Part shown: piece by piece, positions 1 through 12,317 of the stretch | Numbering within the stretch: the stretch's first letter is position 1 | Layout: each line of letters opens with the position of its first letter | NCBI GenBank assembly: GCA_964016885.1 | Contig: OZ024743.1 | Span: 350,362,001-350,426,000, forward strand | DNA: 64,000 bases | Direction: 5' to 3' | Origin: Eledone cirrhosa | Lineage: Eukaryota | Notes under the pieces: generated by a model | Seen by the model: only the letters and a program-made list of their open reading frames with translations | The model's database searches: none | Told to the model about the DNA's origin: nothing | Program-made: the position numbers and the translations under genes

Positions 1-2456
1 GTGTAAGCTGTCCACGTTTTGAAACGGTCGCCTATTCAGATCACAAGTTTGTGATTTGTATGGTCGACCTAAATAAGACACGTAGGTTAGGACCTGGTTA
101 CTGGAAGCTAAACATGTCATTTCCGGCACGTAAGCCTTACAGGAACTAGGTCAATAATTTAGTTAAGAAAACATTTACAGAGGGAGTCGTCAACAATAGA
201 TGGTGGGGGCTCTCAAAAGAGAGATTAGAGTAATGCCGATAGAGGTAACGTTAGAGAAAAATAGAAAGGAGGGGGAGTTGGTAGATAAGTTAGACGAGGC
301 TATTGGTAGTGACATTGAAACTGACGTGCTAGCGACAAGAATGGCATTAGACCATTTCTTCAATGCGAAACACGAAGGTTGCATTGTCACAGCTAAGGCG
401 CGTGCTCTGAAAAACGAGGGAACCAAAGCTGCTCGATGGGCTCGCGTGGCAGAGGCGCAGCGTGTTAATAAAACCACGATTCGGACCAAGACGGACACGA
501 GCTGAGCGATTCCAAGCGGATATGTGAGGCCTTTCGCCAACATTTTGCTCGGTTGTTCGGGGAAAGTGGCGGGTCACAGATGGTGGCGGACTTCAGTCCC
601 TACCTCGGTGGCTTGCCGCAACTCTCGACGGCTGACGCTGGGCGCTGCGAAAGGCCAATTACTTCAGCCGATATTCAGGATGCCCTTGTCGGCTGCATGA
701 GGCGCAAGTCACCCGGTTTGGATGGCCTGCCCTACGAGCTCTACGTAAATATGCCAGACTTTTTCTCCAATCTCCTCGAAGCCCTCTACTGCAGCTGGCA
801 GCAAAACGGGAGTATTCCCAGTTCTGTGAGCCGGGGCGTAGTGACGCTGATAAGGAAAGACGAGAACAAGAGCGACACATTAGACAATTTCAGGCCCATA
901 ACTCTGCTAAACACAGATTTTAATATTTTGGCCAGGGTGTTAGCGAAGAGGTTGGCGCTTGTCGTCGGGCATTTCGTTGGGGAGGCGCAAACTGGATCGC
1001 TGCAATGCACAGCGGCACCTGCTCGATGGTCAAAATTAATGGCCACCTCTCGAAACCGTTTCAGGTCACCCGATCGGTCCGTCAAGGGTGCCCTCTCTCC
1101 TGTACGTATTGACTCTCAAGCCTTTACTGCGGAAGCTGGAGCTGTTGCAGGGCATCCCGCTCGAACCGGGACGCGGAAAGGCTGTGTCGGCTTATGCGGA
1201 CGACATCACTGTGATGGTGTCGGACACCTCAGAAATCGAGGTGGTCGGCAACTTATTGGAGGAATATGAAAGGTTAACGGGAGCAAAATTTAACCCGGAA
1301 AAGTCAGTGGGCTTGCAACTCGGCACCTGGAGAGGCAAGCCCATGCCGTCCAACAGCGTCGTTAGGCGCTTGACGGACGGACCGGTAAAGTTGCTAGGGG
1401 TTTGGTTCGGGCCAGACCTCCAGATGGATAAGAATTGGGACGAGGTGACGGGCAGGGTAGCCAGTCTCACCCAGAAATGGGCTAGGATGAAGCTATCACT
1501 GAAAGGTCGGGCGGAGGTGGCGAACGCGTACATCGCGTCCGTCGTCTACTACCGTCTGACAGTCGTCCCTTGCCCCCGTTCGCGCCACGCTATCTTGGAG
1601 CGGATCCTTTTCAAATTCTTGTGGATGGGTCTGGTTCCGCTGGTGAGGCGGTCCATCTACTGCCAGCACCCTATACGTGGAGGGCTGGGCATGCCGTGGC
1701 TAATGATGCGCAAGCACGCGCTGAGGCTGCGACATCTCCAGATATTCTGCCTAAACGGTGAACAGGTGTTGTCGCCGTTTGTCAGAATGGGCTTTTCCGC
1801 AGCTCTTTCTTTGACTGAGCTGCAGTCCTGGGTCAAGAAGTGACCGAGACTGGGTGACTGGCATCTGGAATGTTGCCAGGCACTCACTGCCCTCTACCAA
1901 GCGGACAATGCTGTCAGTGGAACTTCCACTCTCGAGTTCTATAGAGCATTAGTGGTGGGCAAGTGCGACGACGCACTCGGAGAGGCTCTGGGAGTCAACG
2001 AAGTCGAACTAACCAGTCTGTATCGGAGGACTTTCGAGCCAGTGACGATGGATAATTTCCAAAAATCCCTCGCTTGGCAGTGCTACCGGGGAGCACTGCC
2101 TGTTCGAGATAAACTCTACAGGCACGGAAGTGCTGTCAGACGGACCTGCCCGAGATGCGCGCAGAGCGACGAAACCGTTCTGCACGCACTCGTCCAGTGT
2201 CCGTGCATTACTGACTTGTGGAGTTATGTTGAACAGCTGTTGTCGCGTGTAGAACGGATCCGGCTATCGGCCGAGTCCATAGTGAAGATCGACCCGCCGC
2301 CGTCTTTTGGCCAGGAAGGGCAGGCAATTTTCCTCTATCTGGTGGCAGTAGCGAAAGAGGTTGTATGGTGGACGAGATTGAAAGGACTGAAAGACAGACA
2401 CTTTTCTTTTGTATTGTCCCCTATATGGCGGCCCTTCTGGCCAATAAATGAAATCC
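1..2456 (+). mobile_element. Tx1/L1-like non-LTR retrotransposon, variant B, decayed 3' part (ORF2 relic with internal deletions)
   Basis: Fragments KSPGLDGLPYELY, FRPITLLNTD, AYADD and CPRC..ETVLHALVQC. Similar to 46670-49008. AATAAA at 2443, then (TTA)n. Confidence 0.9.

Positions 2457-2514
<58 letters not shown>
2457..2514. repeat. (TTA)n tract joining a Tx1 3' end to a Dong 3' end (tail-to-tail)
   Basis: Direct reading. Confidence 0.98.
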
Positions 2515-2515
<1 letters not shown>

Positions 2516-5500
2516 TGCATTTATCTTGCTTTATGTTCATACGAGTTATCACCAAGTCACAACCAGTGACCTCAAGAGACAACAAGGTCCGCCATGTTCA
2601 AGAAAGAACATACATATTTACACATGCATCTTTAGTGTTTAGACTTGTGATGTACTTATATTGACATAATCTTCCTTAGTATATGGGCAGTTCCCATTAG
2701 TACTATCTTTTGTATTTCTCCTATACGCGGGTTTCCTGGGATTTGCGATATGTAATCATTAGACTCCTTAGGTATCATTCCCAGAGCGCCTACAACCACT
2801 GGTATTGTTTTAGTTCTCAATTTCCACATTTTTCCAATTTCTATCTCCAGGTCCTTATACTTGCTCAATTTTTCAAATGTTTTTATAGATACATTCTTGT
2901 CTATTGGAACAGACATATCAATTAGCAGGCATACCCTCTTTTGAAAGTCCTTCAATATTATATCTGATCTAGTTGCATCTATTTTTCGGTCTGTTTGGAT
3001 GCTAAAGTTCCACAAGATTGAGATGTGATCTTTTTCAAGTATGGGAGGTGGTTGATGCTCCCACCAATTCTTTTGATGGGGCAGGTCAAAATGCTTACAC
3101 ATTATCCAATGTATGTATTGTGCAGCTCTGTCATGCCTGTTTAGGTATTCGGTTGGAGCTATAGGACTGCACATTGAAATTATATGGTCAATGGTCTCTG
3201 GTTGTTTTTTGCATACACGGCATAATGGGCTGCACCCATTTTTTATTATGTTGGCTTGGTAATTTTTTGTTGGCAGACACTGATCTTGTGCTGATATAAT
3301 CAGTCCTTCAGTCTCCGATTTCAGTCCAGAGGATGCCAACCACTGATGGGTTAAAGTTTTGTCAACATCAGGATTGTTAGCTCGCTCTGGGTATTTTCCA
3401 TACAGAGGCTTTTCTTGCCATTTCTTAGCCAGTTTCTGTAGCAGTTCTTTCTTTGCAGTTACTTTTACCTGCTTTGCTTTTTCTGTGTTTTCCATTTCAG
3501 CAGTAAATGGGACTTCTGAAATTTGTAGTCCATTACTGTATCTTTGTGCATCTTTTGTAATGGAATATGATCTTTTGATGCTTTCGTGTTTCAAAACGAG
3601 TTTGATCATCCAATCATGTGATTCCCTTAGATATGTAGATAATCCAATTGTTGCAGTTTTCAACGCAATGTCTAACTGGATTAACCCACGTCCTCCTTCT
3701 TTCCTAGGGAGATATATTCTATCTATATGTGCTTTAGGGTGATGCATTCTGTGCATGGTTAAGAATTTTCGAATTTTTGTATCGAGCCTACGGATCTCTG
3801 TGCCTGACCAGTTGATGACATTGTAACTGTAGGTTACTACTGGTATGGCAAGCGTGTTTATGGCATCGATCCTATTCCTTGCATTCAATTCCGTTCTTAA
3901 GATTGCTCTTACTCTGCGGTAACATTCCTTCCTTATCCTTTCCCTCATTGTCGAGTGCTTGATTCCGTCTCCTTCACAAACACCTAGATATTTGTAAGTT
4001 TTTTCTTGATCAAGTTCTCTTATCACGTTCCCCCGATCAAGATTAATGTCTGAACTCTACAGCAGCTTTCCTCTGGTGAACGTTGCTTTGGCGCATTTAT
4101 CTAGTCCAAACCCCATTTTAATGTCATCACTGAACTGCTTCACAGTGGATAATAGCCCTTGCAATCGTTCATCATTTTTTGCAAATAGTTTCAGGTCATC
4201 CATGTAGAACATGTGATTAATGGTTTTGTCATAGACTTTATATCCATGTTTTGTTTCATTGAGCATTTTACTTAATGGTATAAGTGCGATGCAGAATAAA
4301 AGCGGTGATAAAGAGTCACCCTGAAAAATTCCACAATTAATATTAACTTCTCCAGCTTCCAGTGATTTTGTTTCACTATTCAAAAGGAGTGTCGTTTTCC
4401 ATGATCTTCATACTGAATGACAAAAACCTCCTGACAACGGGGGATACTTTGAAAATCTCTAAACATTTTTCAATCCAACTGTGTGGCAAACTATCGAATG
4501 CTTTTTTATAATCTATCCAAGCAATCGATAGATTTTTGTGTCTATTATGACAATCTTCCAGTATCATTTTGTTAACCAGAAGCTGATCCTTACAGCCATA
4601 TGAGCCTCGTTTACACCCTTTCTGCTCAATGGGAAATAGCTCATTTGTTATCAGGTGGTCATATGTGTATTCAGTTAGGACTGATGTTAAAATTTTATAC
4701 ATTGTGGTCAAGCAAGTTATCGGTCTGTAATTTTTGGGATTGTTTGTCTCATCATTCTTCGGAAGCAGGAATGTAATGCCGTTAACTAGCCATGATGGTA
4801 TCTTTTCTGGCTCCTTAACTATTTCATTGTAAAGTTGGGCTAACAGCTCATGAGACTCTGTGAAGGCATTTATCCAAAAGTTTTGTATTTTGTCTTTTCC
4901 TGGGGATTTCCATTTGCTGGTTTTTCTTAGAGCCAAGCGCAACTGTTCAACTGTTATATTTTCCCATATTTGTTCCTCAAGGTGAGCTGTATCTTTCATT
5001 TGTCTGTCTATCCATGGGGCATGTATGTTATGAACTTTTTCTTCGGCCCAGATCTTTTCCCAGAATTCTTGCACTTCCTCCTTGGGTGGTATTGATTTAG
5101 CAGTTATTGTTGACTTACCAATTTTTCTGTAGAAGTTTCTTTGGTTGTGTTTGAACATATTATTGTCCTTATAGAATATAGATCGTTTTTCAAAGCGCCT
5201 TATACGAGCAGCTTTGGCCGACACTTTTTGCTTGATTATTTCTATCAGCATGTCTATGTCACATGTTGATTTTATACTGTACTTTTTTTTCAATTTTCTA
5301 AGTTTAGTTTGTTTAACATGTTCACCTACTTTATAGTTTGTTAACATTTTTATGTCAGATCGGAGAAGGTTTATTTGGCGATTGATGTTCTCTTGCCAAG
5401 TAGATTTCTTGTGGGAATTCCTTTGTTTTTTCATCTTCACTCCACATAAGTGAGTTGTGACTTTAGCTGATGCATAATAGAGATGATTTAAATCAGTAAT

Positions 5501-6645
5501 GTTTAGTTTGTTTGTGATGATAATGTTTTTGAGAATTATGTTAGTCTTGTGTATTATCTTTTGGTTCTGTTTGGAGTTCTGGATCTTAGGGAGGGTGTCT
5601 CGTTGCCCCATGTCAGATTCTTTCATTTTCATCCATTTGATCATAATTTCATCCTTCAAGTTGGCAAGTTCATTCTCATTCATTTCTTTATCATTTACGA
5701 TCTCATTATTTTCATTTGGAGTTTCATCCTGAGCATGCACTCCCTCCACTTTTTCGATCCTTTCTTTAATTTGTTCTGTTGCCAGTGATTCCGCCCCAAC
5801 CCTGGGATTCGAAGTGTTACAGTTTACCTCGTTTTCACTGACACATGTTTCATTTTCCCTTCGCTGACTTTGTGCTAATAGCTTGATCTGATCAATTTCT
5901 ATATCAGTTAGTAACTTTTTTCTTACAATATTTCTTCGTATATTGGCTAGTTTGTTGCTGTCAATATAGCCTCTGTTTTCGGGATGTTTCTTTTTCCAGT
6001 TGATATATGTCTGTTCTGTATTCGATGTATTTGATGGGTAGTACATGACAGTGTAGAAAGCCTCAAGGACTTCTTTATTATCTTCCCTTGACCATTTTTC
6101 TCTCTTTTTCTTTGGATTTCTTTGTGGTGAGCATGGAGGGCCAACAGTAGGAGTATTCCGGTTATGGGAGGTCTCCAGCTCCGAAGTGATGGGAAGGTTT
6201 GAACCATTAGCTGATTTTTCGACCCCAGTCTGGTTCCTCTCTGAGGGACGCGGCCCTTTTTTACCCGGGTGACGGCCGATCCGGTATGAGATTTTATCAT
6301 TAGACATTTACTTTATTTTGTCGCGTTTTATCCTTATCCGCCAAGGGGTAATCATTTCGTGTTACCACTTCTAGAACGAGTGTCAACCAAGACTAGAGGG
6401 GTCGTTCTCCCCTAGAGACACGGCTATTCCCCGCCGGCCGCCATCCCGGTATTTCTTGGTCGCGGGGTTTTCTTTTTGTTGTTTTTTTTTTTAAATTGTT
6501 ATTATCATGAGTGGTTCCTTAATGTGAGCATTGCGTGGCTTAAGAATGAAATTATTAATAATTGTCTCCACTCCAGGAGTGTTAAAAATCAAAAACTTAC
6601 GGGAGCGATTTCATGACCTTCTACCACCTCGTGCGTCTTCTTCCC
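2515..6645 (-). mobile_element. R4/Dong-like non-LTR retrotransposon, copy 1 (disrupted)
   Basis: Near-identical to 25695-30578. Flanked by (TAA)n on its own strand at both ends. Confidence 0.93.
2656..6307 (-). pseudogene. Dong-like RT/restriction-like endonuclease ORF, broken
   Basis: Split into 643+108+456 aa by a 1-nt insertion near 4405 and a stop at ~4057-4059. The RPD motif reads RSD. Confidence 0.92.

Positions 6646-6682
<37 letters not shown>
6646..6682. repeat. (TTA)n tract joining a Dong 5' end to a Tx1 5' end (head-to-head)
   Basis: Direct reading. Confidence 0.98.
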
Positions 6683-6891
6683 GGCGACCTACGTAGGAAA
6701 TCGTATTATCGTGAGCTCCGCAAAGGTTTGTTATTTCCGTTTGTTTAAAAATTGCCATTTATGGAAAATTTTATTGTAAACTGTTTATAAGCACACATAC
6801 ATTGTTTTCCGAAAAGGACACCCAAAAAGATTGGGGCCTTGTGCCCAAAATTTTAACTTTTATTATTATCCAAAAATTTCTTTGAGAAAAA

Positions 6892-8865
6892 ATGGCTAAT
6901 TCCCCTCTGCACGAAGCAGCTGAAAGCCTTCCTCACAAAATAACACCTCACACCGACACCACCATTGTAAATGTTACTACGTTTGCCAACACAAAAAAAA
7001 ATATAAGCAGTAGCAATATTTTAAATTTGTCTCAGGCAGACATTCATTTCCCGCCATTACCAATGACTGCAGGTGTTAAACCCTCCACCACCACCACCAC
7101 CGCGACAACCACCACCACCACCACCGCGACAACAGAAACAAAAGAAGAAAAAAATAAATTAACTCGTGACGTCGAAATGAAATCAAGCAAAATGGACTCT
7201 TCCCCACCAAAGACGACTGACGTCACCACCACCACAACTGAAAATAAAATTAATATTAACGATAGCAACAACAACAACAATGACATTATAAAACCGACCC
7301 TCAGTTTCGCCATCGTAGCAAAACAATTCGAAGCGTTCACGGTAACTCAAGAAGATTTAGTAAATGCTAAACAAATGGTTAAGAAAGATGGGTACAGGGT
7401 CAGCCTCCCCCCCCCCACACCTAATAAAATGGAGCATCGGCGCCTGTGCACCGTGTCGTATAGAACAATAAATGTAAAATCGCGCCGAGTGGAACGGGCA
7501 TCCGAGTCCCAAATCCAAAAAGCTTTGGGACATGTGTGGGCAAGAAAAACCCACATCAGACGTGGGCAAAAGTATGGAACCGTGGATGTGTTCTTTAAAA
7601 CACCAGAGGAGGCTAGAGAACACTCCATGGCCCCATTAAAAAGTGACGACCTCACACTCGTCCCAAGCTATTGTGACCAGAGACTCGTAAAGATCAGGGT
7701 GACCCACGTTCCACCGGCCATCGAAATTCCCTGGCTAATAGCGGCTGTCCTCGCCGGTATCGAAGCCAACACGAAAATAATAGCAGTAGCAAAAGAAAAG
7801 CAGGAAAACTGGTCCGGATCTGGGATGGAGCTCCTGATCCAAGCGGACCAAAAAAGCATTGAGGAGATCCCAGAGGTAATAGACCTCACTGACGGCAGCC
7901 ACCTCACGGTAATTGTCGAGGGCAGAAGACCTAGGTGTGTCGTTTGTGGTGAAGGAACCCACCTAAGGGCTTTCTGCCCTCAGGCTAAAAGGTTGAGGCC
8001 ACCTCTCCTACCCACCCCAGTGACACAACCATCAACACCACCAGTAGCAGAGATGGCAGCAACAACTGTAGCAGCAACAACAGAAGCAACTATAGCAGCA
8101 ACAACCCCAGCAACAGTAGCAAAACCAACACCACTACCACCACCAGCAAAACCAACACCACCACCACCCAACGCTTCAGAACTAGCACCAGCGCCTACAC
8201 CATCCACCACACCACAACTGTGGAGGATTTTCCACTCCCCGGCCTATCACAACTGGAGACAGATTGTGACGACGAGGAGTGGGAAACGATATCCGGAAAA
8301 AAAAAAGAAACCAAAAAAGAAAAAAAATTCTCTTCCTTCCCCCTCCAAAAACAAAATACAGAGGGAAACAAATAAACTAAGAAACAAAAAAGTTAGGACA
8401 GATATGCCACCATCCACACCAGCATCACCAACCCCATCAACCCAAACACCAACACCATCACCATCATTATCCCCAGCACCACCATCACCTACACCACAAA
8501 AGTCACCAAAATGCGAAACAGAAACAAACCCACAACAAACGCAAACAAAACAAAACAACCAAAACGATACACACTACACAGCATTAAATTTGAACAACAA
8601 GCAATTATTACACTACATCCAACACAACACCAGCATCACAGAAAAAGACTACACAACAACCCCAAAATTCACACCACCTCCACACATACAAATCACTCGC
8701 ATCACACAGAAAACGTACATGACACTAAAACAAAAATTCCCCAAAGACATCGGAGACTTCCGACAAGCACTCTCCAGGAGGATTTATAAGGACATCCTTC
8801 CTGAGGAGGCCACAAGCAGTGAAAAGGATGGAAAAGCCGTCCTTCCCCTACGAGAAGTAAGGTAA
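6892..8865 (+). CDS. Tx1-like ORF1 nucleic-acid-binding protein (657 aa)
   Basis: CX2CX4HX4C knuckle CVVCGEGTHLRAFC, Thr/Pro-rich linkers and a basic stretch. A short segment at ~8217-8310 is frameshifted relative to copy A2. Confidence 0.85.
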   Translation: MANSPLHEAAESLPHKITPHTDTTIVNVTTFANTKKNISSSNILNLSQADIHFPPLPMTAGVKPSTTTTTATTTTTTTATTETKEEKNKLTRDVEMKSSKMDSSPPKTTDVTTTTTENKININDSNNNNNDIIKPTLSFAIVAKQFEAFTVTQEDLVNAKQMVKKDGYRVSLPPPTPNKMEHRRLCTVSYRTINVKSRRVERASESQIQKALGHVWARKTHIRRGQKYGTVDVFFKTPEEAREHSMAPLKSDDLTLVPSYCDQRLVKIRVTHVPPAIEIPWLIAAVLAGIEANTKIIAVAKEKQENWSGSGMELLIQADQKSIEEIPEVIDLTDGSHLTVIVEGRRPRCVVCGEGTHLRAFCPQAKRLRPPLLPTPVTQPSTPPVAEMAATTVAATTEATIAATTPATVAKPTPLPPPAKPTPPPPNASELAPAPTPSTTPQLWRIFHSPAYHNWRQIVTTRSGKRYPEKKKKPKKKKNSLPSPSKNKIQRETNKLRNKKVRTDMPPSTPASPTPSTQTPTPSPSLSPAPPSPTPQKSPKCETETNPQQTQTKQNNQNDTHYTALNLNNKQLLHYIQHNTSITEKDYTTTPKFTPPPHIQITRITQKTYMTLKQKFPKDIGDFRQALSRRIYKDILPEEATSSEKDGKAVLPLREVR

Positions 8866-8899
8866 GTGGTCTTTCCCATCTTTTCCACTCCTTTTCAAC

Positions 8900-11800
8900 A
8901 TGACCTCACTCAGAATAGGCAGCATAAATGCGCGTGGCTTGGGGTCGTCATGGAAGAGAGGGCCACCTGATCAACGACCTTAGGTCACTAAACATAGATG
9001 TAGTGGCCATCAGCGAGACCAGAATCTCCGAAGCACAGGCTTTCGCACCGATCTTCGGCGGCTACGATGTGTACGCATCTCCCAGCCGTCCGGGATCGAG
9101 GGGAGGAGTTGCTGTGCTTTTTCGGAGAGGTTTGGATCTTGCCATACGGGCCATCTTCCTCGACCCAGAAGGTAAGTTGGTGGTGCTGGACGTGACCAGC
9201 GGAGGCGGGCAAGCTTTCAGGTTAGTGGCCGTCTATGCCCCGACAGGAGCAGGGCGGCCTGATTTCTTCCGGCGTCTGGAGACCTTTCTTGGAACGTCCC
9301 GCTCTTTAGTGTTAGTGGGCGACTGGAACGGGATCTTATATGCACGCTGGGATTGTGTGGGATTAGTGGATAGGGAAGGAGGGTGCAAGAGTCTCACCAA
9401 CCTGCTCAGACGTTTTGAACTGTCTGACAGGTACCGAATGGATTTCCCGAATGTACCAATGTGGACTTAGAAAAATCGCATAGGGTCATCCAGATCATAT
9501 CTAGATAGAGTATTTTGTAGGGAAATAGATAGGTCTAGCATAGGCTGTCCACAATTCAAGATAGTCAGCTACACGGACCACAAATTCTTGATCTGTGTGC
9601 TTGACTTAGATAGGCTTCATAGACGAGGAACCGGCTACTGGAAGCTAAACGCGTCCTTACCAGCGCACAAGGCCTACAGAGACCGGATTAGCGAACTAGT
9701 TAAGCGGGCGTTGACGGGGGCCATCGTCAACAACAAGTGGTGGTTTGCTCTGAAAAGAGCAATTAGAATAGAGTCCATTAGGTTTAGTAAGACTTTAGCA
9801 ATAGAGAAAAATAGAGCAGAGGGAGAATTAGTTAGAAAATTAGATGAGGCGCTTAGCAAAGGCATCGCGACCGACGTACTTGCGGCGAAATTGGCCCTTG
9901 ACCAATTCTTCAATGCAAAGCACGAAGGCTGCGTTGTCAGAGCTAGGGTGCGTGCTCTCAGACACGAGGGGACGAAAGCCGTTCAATGGGCCCGAGTGGC
10001 GGAGGCGCGTCGTGGCAACAAAGCCACGATCCGGTCTTTGGTGGACCACGACGGGCGCAAACTACTAGATCCCGGGCAAATGTGTGAAGCTTTTCAGCGA
10101 CACTTCGCTCAACTGTTCGGGGGCAGTGGCGGGCCGGATCGAGGGATGGATTTTAGTGTCTACCTCGACGGACTGCCGCGGCTTTCGGCCACTGAGGCGG
10201 AGTGTTGCGAAAAGCCGATAACAACCGCTGAAGTACGGGATGCAATGACTAGTTGCACAAGGGGTAAATCGCCTGGTTTGGATGGTCTGCCCTATGAACT
10301 TTACGTAGAAATGCCAAACTTGTTCGGAGGCCTCTTGGCGGACGTCTACTGCAACTGGCAACAGAACGGGAGAATTCCCAGCTCTGTGAGCCGAGGAGCG
10401 GTGGCGCTGCTGAGAAAGGATCCGAACAAGGGGGATAACATAGATAATTTTAGGCCCATAACTATGCTAAACACAGAGTTCAAGATTTTGGCCAAGGTGC
10501 TAGCAAAGAGGTTGGCGCTTGTCGTTGGTGGTCTGGTGGGAGAGGCACAGACATGCGCCATTCCCGACAGATCCATCCACGACAACCTCCACCTCATGCG
10601 ATACATCGTAGAGAGGGTAGCTAGGGAACCTGGCACGGGTGGGTCTTTGATCAATTTAGATCAGTCGAAAGCCTTCGATAGGGTCGACCATCGTTACCTA
10701 GCGGCAGTCTTGAGGGCGGCTGGCTTTGGGCCCGTCTTCAGAGGCTGGATCGCTGCCATGCACAGCGACATCTGCTCTGTAGTGAGAGTGAACGGTCACC
10801 TTTCGGAACCGTTCAACATCATGCGCTCGGTCCGCCAAGGATGTCCCCTCTCGTCCCTATTGTACGTATTGACTCTCGAGCCATTACTGCACAAACTAGA
10901 GACGTTGAGGGGGGGGGGCGAACTAGGATGCGGAAGATCCGTGTCAGCATATGCCGACGATGTCACCGTAGTGGTGTCGAACGCCAAACACATCGAGGCG
11001 ATCGGCACTACACTAAGAGAATACGAAGCGGTGACAGGAGCAATGATCAACCAGGAAAAGTCAGTGGGCCTGCAGCTCGGCACCTGGAGAGGCAGGTCCA
11101 TGCCGTCCAATAGCGTCGTCGGGCGCTGGACGGACGGACCGGTTAAATTGCTAGGGCTCTGGTTCGGTCCAAACCTCCAGACGGACAAAAACTGGGACGA
11201 GGTGACGAGCAGGGTGGCTTCTCTCACCCAGAAATGGGCCGAGAGGAAGCTATCCCTGAAAGGTCAAGCGGAGGTGGCGAATGCGTACATCGCATCCGTC
11301 ATCTACTACCGCCTGACCGTCGTACCTTGTCCTAAGCCCCGCCTGACTGCGCTGGAGCGTTTGCTCTTTCGCTTCTTGTGGAAGGGACGCGCTCCGATGG
11401 TCAGGCGGTCCATCTGCTGTCAACACCCGCTACGTGGAGGGCTGGGCATGCCGTGGCTGATGATGCGCAGACACGCGCTCAGGCTACGACATCTCCACCT
11501 CTTCCTCGACGGTGATCAGGTGTGGTCGCCGTTTGCAAGACACGTTTTTCCCCAGCTCGTCTCCTTGACGGAGCTGCAGTCCTGGGTCAAGCGAAGACCG
11601 AGAGGGAGCGCTTGGAGACTGGAATGTCTTCAGGCGCTCACAGCCCTCGACCAATCGGGCAATGTGATCGGTGGAAACTCCACCTTGGCGTTCTATAGGG
11701 GATTAGTGGAGGGGAAGAGCGACGACGTACTTAGAGAAACTCTAGGCGTCGACGAAAATCAACTAGCCAATCTCTTCGGAAGGACTTTCGGGCCGGGGCC

Positions 11801-12317
11801 TATGGACAACTTCCAGAAATCCCTGGCCTGGCAGTGCTACCGAGGAGCTTTGCCAGTTCGGGATAAACTCTACAGGCATGGAGGTGCCGTCAGCCGGGCA
11901 TGTCCGAGATGCGCGCAGGGCGACGAAACCGTCCTGCACGCACTCGTCCAGTGTCCGAGCATTGCTGACTTGTGGGTTTATGTCGAACACCTGCTGTCAC
12001 GTGTAGGACGGATCCAGCTATCAGCTGAGTCCATCGTGAGGATTGCCCCGCCCCCTTCCTTTAGCCTGGAAGGGCAGGCAGTTTTTATCTGTCTGGTGGC
12101 CATGGCGAAAGAGATAGTATGGTGGACACGTTTGAAAGGGCTGAAGACGAGCACTTACCTCTTCGGTGATGCCCTGATTAACTTTTTCAAATTTCATTTG
12201 AAAAGGAAAATCAGGGTAGAGAGGGAAGTGCTCTCTTCCCAGCATTTTGTTGAAAGATGGGTGAGAGAAGCAAGTATGGCCCGAATGAATGGGCCTTCTC
12301 TGAGTATGTGTCTGTAA
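8900..12317 (+). pseudogene. Tx1-like ORF2 (APE endonuclease, RT, CCHC) with a frameshift at ~8955 and a stop at 9468-9470
   Basis: Motifs SETR, GDWN, SYLDR, TDH, QGCPLS, YADD and CPRC..HALVQC. Residual open frame of 909 aa. Confidence 0.93.
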
